A DNA stretch of 64,000 nt from Octopus sinensis (taxonomy: Eukaryota): assembly GCF_006345805.1 (NCBI RefSeq), contig NC_043014.1:19468001-19532000 (forward strand). The letters run 5' to 3'. Within the stretch, counting starts at the first letter, position 1; each line of letters starts with the position of its first letter. The notes below the pieces were generated by a model, which made no database searches, was not told the origin of the DNA, and worked only from the letters and a program-made list of their open reading frames with translations. Shown here in pieces: positions 54,403 through 64,000 of the stretch. The position numbers and the translations under genes were made by a program.

Positions 54403-55477
54403 AATATGTATATATATGCATATATAATATATATGTATATAATATATATATATATAATATATAATATTGTCAGTAAAAAAGGGTAGAATTAATTAATTGT
54501 TAATCAATTCGACCAAGCAGTATTCGGTATGTAAAAGGACCATTTACGGTATATTTGAAGGACCATTTACGGTATATAAATTAATAAATTAATAAATTAA
54601 TACTTATAATATATAATATATATGTGTGAGCGCGCATGTATTTGTGTGTGTGCGTATAAGGAGGGAGAGAGGGGGTGGAGAGATGAAGAGACAGAGAGAG
54701 AAAGCGGGAGTGAGAACGAAGTAGAGATAGATGAGCACGTATGAAAACTTGCTATCATGTAGAAGTATCACATGACACATAGTGATTAAGAGTTATCTCA
54801 CTGTTACCAAGTGAATAAATCCAATAGCAAGTCCAAAAAAGAAAGAAAATTAAGAAAAGTAAAGTCATTGCTCCGAGGTTATTCGTTCTTTTTGAATTCT
54901 ATAATTTCAAATATTTCCAACAACGATGAAAATAATATGCGGATTAAAGACGAAAATCAAAGGTGTCAAGGAAAATTAAAATTACAAGCTAATCCTTTAT
55001 AATTAGGCCTTTATCGAATCTTAATTGAATATAACACTCCGGAAATTAGAGATTTGCGTCGGCGTTTAAATCCTATTTCCGTAGTAGTCAGATGTCGATT
55101 GGATAGTAAATGAATCCTTTTCAAAATATGTGGCTGAATTATATCGCATATAGATTTTAGCCTCGAGGCGGGATTGATGTGTGAACTACCAGGCAAGTAA
55201 CGACAACGCACGTAAATTATGCAATGCTGAGACATCTTCACACAGCAGAATCCGATGTTCTTAATTATCGCTCGTTCGATCGTACGTTAGGGAAATGCCC
55301 TCGAGTTCCCTCAAATGATATATAATTTTGTTCTGGAAGGAAAGAACTCATTATGTGGTGTAGTCTTATATGCTTCTGAAATGATGTGTGACATGGCTGC
55401 AGTGCTTATATGCAGAGTTTTGTTTGATCAAGCGGAACTGGTATGTTGAACTACAACAGCAACAATAGCGACTTAAT

Positions 55478-55670
55478 GGAGGCGCAATGACCCAGTGGTT
55501 AGGGCAGCGGACTCGCAGTCGTAAGAACCCTCTTTCGATTCCCAGACCGGGCATTGTGAGTGTTTATTGAGCAAAACACCTAAGCTCCACGAGACTCCGG
55601 CGGGGTGAGAGTGGTGAACCCCGCTGTACTCTTTCCCCACAACTTTCTCTCACGCTTTCTTCCTACCTCT
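55478..55670 (+). mobile_element. SINE family C, 5' part
   Basis: ggaggcgcaatgacccagtggttagggcagcggactcg..ttcgattcccagaccggg. Confidence 0.85.
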
Positions 55671-58600
55671 GCCACAAAGCAGAGGAACCATGGTGTAACC
55701 CACTATGGTGTGGTAAACTTTCAGACCCTGTCTAGATTGAGAATCCTCTGTACCCCAGGATGGTTCAGTGGTGGGTGGATCTTCAAGTTGCCACACGCAT
55801 TCTTAGTAGCTTAAAGTAGGCTCGAATTAGAAATTATTCTTTGTGGCTAATGGCGTGAGTCCTGATTGGAAGAAGGAGACAGCGACTTACTTGAAGTCGG
55901 AAAGTATCAAAATAGTACTACACACAAAGAGCTTGAATGACTCTATCTGTAGTGTCTACGCATAGCCATGAGAGATCCTGATGACGTGATCATTATGAGT
56001 GTTCGGTTTTCTGTATCAGACAGGGTTTTGTGTCTTTAAGCAAGGCAGTTCATTTTGCGTTGTTCTAGTCTACTCAGCTCTGATGAATACCACTGAATGT
56101 TGCTGTCGCCTCAATTCCCTCCAGCTGCCACATCCTGGATGTGCCACTGGATCAAGTAAGAGCGGTTGCCTGTATCTGCTTGCGATTACATTCGCACCTA
56201 GAACAATTAGCGAAAACATGATACATGTTAACAAGGTGTACTTGCTCATGTGTTACGACAGCTGTGTTCTAATTAAGTACCATAACGTGAGCTGTACACA
56301 GTAATGTAACCTGGTTTTTACAATTAACTAGTTGAATTTTGCTTATTCAAACACCTACTACCAACGTTGTAGACTGCACCACACTTATATGTAGAGCATG
56401 TATGAGTCCATTTTTCCTTCATAATAACTACCGACAGTGTCACACATAGATATTACCGACTAGTATCTAGACAGATTGCACATAACTTTTGTGCCTTTTT
56501 GCATCGTGATGAATTATATTCTAAAACATGAGGGTGGGGGCCACAGTGAATACAAACTGCTATGCATCTCATCTACTTCTGTTTGGATAAAGAGATTCTG
56601 TATTATCTTATTCTACCTGTAAATAATTTTAAATAATGTATGCGCGCAAAAAAATTATGTCACGATTTTTTTCCTTTGGTAATACTATGAGCCAGCCGCT
56701 TACATAACAATCATAATTATTAATTACTATATTAATTATTAATTACTTCAGGCGATTATTCTTTCGTACACATATTAATTCTTGGACGACTTTTTTTTCT
56801 TTTTCTAGATTGCGCACTGATAGTAAAACGTGAGTATGGTAACATGCAAAAACTTGAAGAAAATAGTACTAGAAGCCAAGAAGAATGTGCACCACTCTTT
56901 TATCTATTTATAGTTACGTGGAATGTACACCCGGAATATATTTTTGCATCTAGTTTAAATGTAGAAAGATGTGTAAAACTGTCCTTTCAGTTACGTGACT
57001 GTTTTCCACCATAACCGCACAAATATACGCTTCTCTCTAATCCTTTAAAGTTCATACAATCACGCTTCACTGCAGACATAAAACTGGTGACTTGGTTATT
57101 TTTTCTCAATCCCAGTTTCCAAAGTACTCAATGCTTGCCGAAAATCATAAAAATCTTCCAACTGGTAAAGTTAGAAGAATAAAAGACATATGATCTAATT
57201 AAGCGATTTTGCTCTTAAGAAAAATAAGAGAAACTGATCGCTACTAAGAAGTTCAGAATAATATTTACAACGCGGATACCTTCCCGAGTGGCTTGAGAAA
57301 TGGAAATAATATTCATCATTAAACAATACAGTACATTTCAAACCGAACATTTACCCTTCATTCGTTAAATGGTGTGTAATGTAACCCCCATTAAACAGGT
57401 TAATTAGCAATTTTCTAGTAACAAAGGCAATCTTCCTATGATAATCAGTTTTCTTCCAAGAGTTAGATCACCATGATTTCTACATTTGAAACCTCATCAG
57501 ATCCAGTATAGTCTACAGAATGAAGGCAATGCAACAGGAATAAATCATACCAAAGCTTGACCATAGAAGGATATAATCTCGAGGTGCCGTAACCTATGTA
57601 AATATTTGTTGCTCTCTTGGACTTGATTGTTCTATTCTAGGCTCATAAATATCTTTTGAGCAATGCAAAATATACATTATTTTGTAGAATTAATATCACA
57701 TTTACATTTCCTCTGGGGTATTATTTGCATTTCTTTTATGTAGCAGTTACAATAATCACATTATCGTCAAGATATTCTTGAAGATAACTGGAGAAATATA
57801 TGTTCAGGCTGGGAAGAAAGGTGATGCTTCATATCAATAAATCATACACTCTGAAATTTGAATTGCATAGGTATCTGTGCATCTGTCTGAGTGTCTGAGA
57901 GTCTGCTTCTTGGTGTGTGAATAATATATGCGTATCTGCATGCCTCTGTGTGTTCTTGTGTCTGAGTGCGTATATGTGTATTTTTCTTTTGTGTCTGTTA
58001 GTTTTCAAATGGAAAAAACAAGTAACTGGAAATATACGTGGTAAGAGAAAGGTGGTGTATAATAACAGTAAAACATGCAAGAAAGGGCAAGAGGCAAATA
58101 GCTTGAAAGAGAATGAGGAAGAAAGCAGAGAGACACAGGAGAAAATTATCGTGTGAAAGAGTCTGCGTTATTATAGGATGGAGAGTGACAGGGTAAAGAA
58201 CTCAGGCTGCTATAGAGAGAAAGGGAGACAGAGAGAAAGAAAGAAAGACAGAAAGAAAGTAAGAAAGAAAGAACGAAAGAAAGAGAGAGAGAAATATACT
58301 ATATGGGAGGAAGAGAAAGGAAACGAGAGCAAAGGTGATGCTATTAGAAAAGACCAAAAGCAGCGGGGTATAGAATAGATTGAGAGAAATAAAGATATAT
58401 AAAACACAGAGATAGATACAGAGGGCTAAATAAATACAAACCACCTGAACAAATGAAAAGAACAGGCGACATAGCACCGGGATAATAGGAACGAGAAAAC
58501 GGAGTGCTACTTAGGTCTGTCTGTTTAGATTGTATTTCGCAAATGTAATCTCATTTTGATATTAATTTCGAATGAGATATATTGAAATCGAATACTGCGG

Positions 58601-58825
58601 AAGATAAACGAAATGATGTTGGTCCATTGCGGACGGAGGAGTATAGTAGCTATCTACTAATGTGTGTGTGTGAGTGTGAGTGTATATGTGCGTGAATACG
58701 TGCACTTACGTACTTATGTATTTATATATATATATACACACATATATATATATACATTTACATACATATATACGTATTTACATGTATGTATGCATATTTA
58801 AAAACACACATAAATACATATACGT

Positions 58826-58893
<68 letters not shown>

Positions 58894-59618
58894 ATATGCT
58901 TACTCACGCACATAGATATGTATATATACATATATATTTATATACGCAAACAAATATATGTATGTATCTTTATATGATGAAACACTTGAATTTCTAATCA
59001 TCAATTATATTACCCATTCGGAAACATTACATTACAAGAGCCGAATAAAAGCAAGATCCCCCGTATTTACGAATCAGCTTCTTATCGCAGTCGGGGTGAG
59101 TGTATTACCGACTTATCTTAACATATTCTGCAACCTCTTACTGCTCAATTACAGATGTACGAATATTTTATTGCTGTAAGGTAACATTACTACACAACGT
59201 ATATTACATAACGATCATAGATGTCATGGTTCGTTTCGATATATGGTATTTTCCAAAGTATTAAATTCCAAAATGCGAACCATTCCAAGTATTGCATATA
59301 TAATTAAAAACGCGTATTCATGCACACACGTATAAGGCTTTAAGTAGGTATGTATTGTGCGTATGTTTTTAATTGATTATGTGTATAGTATAGGGTCATT
59401 CATACATAAACAGGAATGTGTGTATCTATATATATATATATATACATACTGGAGTAAGCACATAAATGTGAAACAAGGTGGAAAAAAGAGTACTCAGAGT
59501 TTCATGTGAAACTCTGAGTAAAAGTTTTTGTGATATTTCTGCTGTTTTTAAATAAAGTATATACATATATATATATATACATACATACTTTATATATATA
59601 TATACACATGTATATACA

Positions 59619-59681
<63 letters not shown>

Positions 59682-60000
59682 TGTGTGTATTGCGTGAGAT
59701 ATGTGCAATGCTAAAATGAAAAAGAGAAACAACGAGTTACAGAAATTAACATTTACTGACCTTTGCATCATAAATAGCTGATCGCCTTCCACGCCGTGAT
59801 AATGGAGGCGACGGTTCGCCCTCACTTTCGTCTGATCCGCTGGTGAGGCTACCAGAACTAACTCGACGTAAATGCTACAAAAGAAAAGAAAAAATGAAAG
59901 AATATTTTATTCAGTAACAAATAATGTTCCACAGTTTTTCTATCTTTCTCTCACACATTATCAGTGTGGTGTGTATGTGTCTGTCTGTGTGTCTATCTGC

Positions 60001-60025
<25 letters not shown>

Positions 60026-60031
<6 letters not shown>

Positions 60032-60470
60032 AAAGGGCTTAGTAAAATAAATTACTTTGCCGCATACTGAACTCATTAGAAATAGCAGCTAAAAAACTTT
60101 TTTAAAGCTATTTCTAATACTTAAAGAAAATCTCTCTCATATATAGTGTTTGCTTAATTCAACTCACAAAATTTTGGGGGTAAGGACATCGAAAAATCAA
60201 ATGCTAAGGTTATTTGAGAACGTACGTTTCAAGATTAGTCAAAACAACATTTCTATCATCAGCTCAGAAATTCCTTGGTTTGGATTTGGAAACACTGAAA
60301 ATAAGAACATACCCTTTCGAAGATCTGCTCGTAACTAACAGTGCCAACAAATTCAAATAAGCAAGCGAAGAATCTCTGTTCTCCCCTTTCCACCAGCGTG
60401 GGTTAAAATCATCAAACACTATGCTTATTTCGGTAAAATCCGAAGCATTAATCAGAGGGAGATTAATTAT
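60026..60470 (-). mobile_element. PLE-pLTR-like element carrying an HHR-like motif
   Basis: 60026-60210 matches the arms of the 42885 and 61408 fold-backs. An HHR-like motif lies at 60266-60215; (TA)n flanks. Confidence 0.65.
60215..60266 (-). ncRNA. HHR-like motif with a perfect palindromic helix III
   Basis: Minus strand: TGAG-CTGATGA-(25 nt, poorly paired)-GAAA-CGTACG-TT-CTCA. Helix I TGAG/CTCA; ACGTACGT palindrome; triplet GUU. Confidence 0.5.
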
Positions 60471-60931
60471 ATATATATATGAAGTGTTTTCGTGTACATA
60501 GAAATATGTATGTGTAGATACATAGACATACAATTATTGTCTCGTTAAAGATTCACTAAAGGGCTTCATATGAGAAAACGTCACTTCTACATTCCTACAG
60601 TCACTGTATCGGCCAGACTATCATATTTTTATACACCACTGATCACAACGCGCTCGCACTTCTGTCTTGATTGCGCCATTCTTATTTGTCTTGGGCCAAA
60701 TTCAATTTGCTTAACTAAATCATCTTCTTACGTCATAGAAGCCTGCCATGTTTCTGATCTCTGGGATACCACTCAGTAATTGCACGAGTTTTCCTGTTGT
60801 CTGTAACGCTTGTGACATGTCCGGGCCTATAGAACTTCTGTATCAGTTCTCTGTGATCATATCATTCTCTTCGGTGTGTTTGAGAATTCTCATTTCGAAT
60901 GGGCCTTCATTTTAAATGCCAAAACCGTATA

Positions 60932-61362
60932 TTCTTTTATTCTTTTACTTGTTTCAGTCATTTGACTGAGGCCATGCAGAAGCACCGCCTTTAGTCGAGC
61001 AAATCGACCAGAGGACTTATTCTTTGTAAGCCTAGTACTTATTCTATAGGTCTTTTTGTCGAACCGCTACGTTACGTGGACGTAAACCCACCAGCATCGG
61101 TTGTCAAGCAATGTTAGGGGGACAAACACAGGTACACAGACACACACACGCACACACACGCACACACATATATAAGCCCGTCGTATTTATATATATATAC
61201 GACGGGTTTCTTTCAGTTTCCTTCAACCAAATCCACTCACAAGGCTTTAGTCCGCTCGGGGCTATAGTAGAAGAATCGTGCCCAAGGTGCCACGGAGTGA
61301 GGCTGAACCCGGAACCTTGTGGCTGGTAATCAAGCTACTAACCACACAGCCACTCCTGCGCT
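60932..61362 (-). mobile_element. SINE family A, full length
   Basis: Colinear with 8292-8703. Confidence 0.9.
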
Positions 61363-61365
61363 TAT

Positions 61366-61407
<42 letters not shown>

Positions 61408-61414
<7 letters not shown>

Positions 61415-61840
61415 AAAGGGCTTAGTAAAATAAATTACTTTGCCGCATACTGAACTCGTTAGAAATAGCAGCTAAAAAAACTATTTCTAACACTTAAAGA
61501 AAACCTCTCTCATATAGTGTTTGCTCAATTCAACTCAAGAAAGTATGAGGGTAGAGACATTAAAAAATCAAATGCAAAGGTTTTTTAATGTCTCTACCCT
61601 CATACTTTCTTGAGTTGAATTGAGCAAACACTATATGAGAGAGGTTTTCTTTAAGTGTTAGAAATAGTTTTTTTTAGCTGCTATTTCTAACGAGTTCAGT
61701 ATGCGGCAAAGTAATTTATTTTACTAAGCCCTTTTATATAATGTAATAATTTGAATTTGCCTTAAATGGTCCCTTTGCATACTGAATACTTGGTGAAATT
61801 GATTAATTAATTAATTAATTTTACCCTCAATTGTTGAAAT
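61408..61840 (+). mobile_element. Fold-back element with 160-bp near-perfect inverted arms and a tail
   Basis: 61408-61567 and 61581-61740, 13-nt loop, one indel in an A/T run. Tail 61741-61840 is the reverse complement of 42885-42980. Confidence 0.92.
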
Positions 61841-61849
61841 TATATATAT

Positions 61850-61930
<81 letters not shown>

Positions 61931-61986
61931 CGTTTTTGTATTTGGTTTGAAGATTCTTTATATGAATTCTTGTGTTGTAGCATGTT

Positions 61987-62335
61987 TTATTACCTCCTCC
62001 TTAGCGAAGGCGGAGGTATTTTTCCAGTCGTGTTTGTATGTGGACAAAATATCTCAAGACTCGCTGGATGGATTCAGATGAAATTTCAGGGATGTTTTGT
62101 CCCGTGACCGCAACGAACTAATTAGATTTTGGGATCGATGGGTACCGGAAAAGGATTCTGGATTATTTTTCTTTTTTTGTTTTTACTTAATATTTGAGAC
62201 CGGTCAGGTTTATTTTTCTTATTCTCGTTCGTGAGTCCAGCCGAGTTTTTTTCAGATATACTCATCTTAAAAATCATCTCGGGCTGATCATTGAGAGGAC
62301 GTTGGTGTTGCCTTGACGGAAGTTTTTCGGAAATA
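61987..62335 (+). mobile_element. Helentron-associated (HINE/DINE-like) non-autonomous element
   Basis: Starts TTATTACCTCC; 5' hairpin ACCTCCTCCTT-AGCG-AAGGCGGAGGT (61992-62017); degenerate 3' sub-terminal repeat CCTTGACGGAAGT (62311-23). Confidence 0.6.
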
Positions 62336-62555
62336 GTCGACTGTTGAAAATGCTGCCTTTATCTCTCTATGTTTGGAGAAATTTATGGTTTCTTGATATA
62401 TTCCCGTAGTTTTCTTTCAGTGACATTAGCAATTGCGAGAACATTTTTCATTTGGTTAAATGTTTCAATGTACAATTGACCTACTTGAGTTATCACCCCT
62501 TGCTTACTATAATTACTTAACTTACTCCATATATATATGTATGTGTGTGTGTATG

Positions 62556-62628
<73 letters not shown>

Positions 62629-63079
62629 GTATACATGAAACATAATATACATATATCTGTTTGTACATATACAGCATGTACGCACACACGACAGTATATG
62701 TCTGGATATGAGTGTTTGTATTTGTGTGTGATTCTAATAGCACAGAATGAGAGAAAACTGATTCTCTTTATAAAAAGAAAATACTTTGATATATTCGCCT
62801 TTAGAATTTTCTTGCTAATATAATTTCAATATCAATTTACATTCATTGAAGTTTTGTAATAAAGCAGGGCTACACAAGTTCTCTTATCTAGTTTCTATCT
62901 AGCTTTAATAGATGTTTTGCACTGTGAAGCTTTTACAGTTAATCAATATATTCAATGCTACAAATTGTTAAAAAATTAATCCAAGATCACCAAATATATC
63001 ACCGTTCATACAACTCATACATATTCATACGTACAGACACACACACATATTTATATACATATATGTGCATATATCTGTT

Positions 63080-63122
<43 letters not shown>

Positions 63123-63161
63123 GTATGTATATTTATATATTATATAGACATACATATGCAA

Positions 63162-63203
<42 letters not shown>

Positions 63204-63344
63204 GTATATATATACACATACACATATATGTACGTAAATACATATATGTACGTATATATATATATATTATATATATATATATATAAACAAAGATAAATGC
63301 GATACAATAAAATTAATATAATCGCCGGTGTACCAGTACACGCC

Positions 63345-63379
<35 letters not shown>

Positions 63380-63451
63380 ATATATATAATATATTAATAT
63401 ATTAATATATTAATATATTAATATATAATATATCTAATTCTCGGCGACAAC

Positions 63452-63512
63452 TATGATTGTCACACGCTGACGAGAGGTCAATACCTCGAAACTCGAGTCC
63501 GTGTGTATCATA
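63452..63512 (+). ncRNA. Type I hammerhead ribozyme, copy 1
   Basis: Helix I CACACG(63461-66)/CGTGTG(63500-05), extended by TATGAT/ATCATA; CTGACGA 63467-73; helix II GAGGT/ACCTC with loop CAAT; GAAA 63488-91; helix III ACTCGAGT palindrome; GUC cleavage after 63499. Confidence 0.93.
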
Positions 63513-63803
63513 AGTTGAAGACGGAAGGATGACTTCCCTTTGCAAATACTGACAGGACACAGATAGTGTGTCTATGGCCAGCTGGAGGAGTGTGTCCTCC
63601 TGGGGCTAAAAACTACAGTAGCATCCACCCTTAGTGGTTAGCCATATTGAAATGGCAAAAATACGTCACGATGTGTTACCGCTACTGTATATAACTCACT
63701 TTGATATTTATCATTGTTTGATTTCACTTTTTCAATATCAGCGACAGTGGACGCTGGAAAAAGTATAAGTATTTGTGAAGGAAATCTAATTCTCGGCGAC
63801 AAC

Positions 63804-63864
63804 TATGATTGTCACACGCTGACGAGAGGTCAATACCTCGAAACTCGAGTCCGTGTGTATCATA
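63804..63864 (+). ncRNA. Type I hammerhead ribozyme, copy 2
   Basis: Identical to copy 1: CTGACGA 63819-25, GAAA 63840-43, cleavage after 63851. Confidence 0.93.
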
Positions 63865-64000
63865 AGTTGAAGACGGGAAGGATGACTTCCCTTTGCAAAT
63901 ACTGACAGGACACACATAGTGTGTCTATGGCCAGCTGGAGGAGTGTGTCCTCCTGGGGCTAAAAACTACAGTAGCATCCACCCTTAGGGGTTAGCCATAT

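Larger units (their letters stand above)
63432..64000 (+). mobile_element. Candidate non-LTR retrozyme: 352-bp tandem repeat with one HHR per unit (runs off the window)
   Basis: The unit recurs at an offset of 352 (63461 and 63813). Copies differ by at least 3 changes, each carries a canonical HHR, and the array follows a (TA)n tract. Confidence 0.85.

Noticed and set aside
57465-57505. Minus-strand CTGATGA...GAAA-TCATGG-TG-ATC
   Set aside because: There is no helix II pairing and position 17 is G.
59765-59880. HDV-like ribozyme
   Set aside because: Candidate P1, P2 and P4 exist, but only about 7 nt remain for P3-L3-P3, which is incompatible with the nested double pseudoknot.

Overview
AT-rich, microsatellite-saturated animal genomic DNA, probably intronic or intergenic. 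The repeat families look like those of an Octopus-type cephalopod (recalled, not verified by search). No host gene could be identified with confidence, and almost all ORFs in the track are microsatellite artefacts. Recognisable content: four tRNA-headed SINE families (local labels A, B, C, E); a Penelope-like element (PLE) GIY-YIG endonuclease fragment between inverted pseudo-LTRs; an R4/Dong-type non-LTR fragment inside a (TACA)n tract; an RTE remnant; three mariner/Tc1 relics; a Tc1/mariner MITE; Helitron and Helentron-like elements; several (TA)n-flanked fold-back elements; and microsatellite-bounded tandem duplications. The most striking signal is a set of hammerhead ribozyme (HHR) motifs from several unrelated repeat families. 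It includes a structured 352-bp tandem repeat at 63432-64000 with a fully canonical minimal type I HHR in each unit, which is a candidate retrozyme that could produce a circular RNA.
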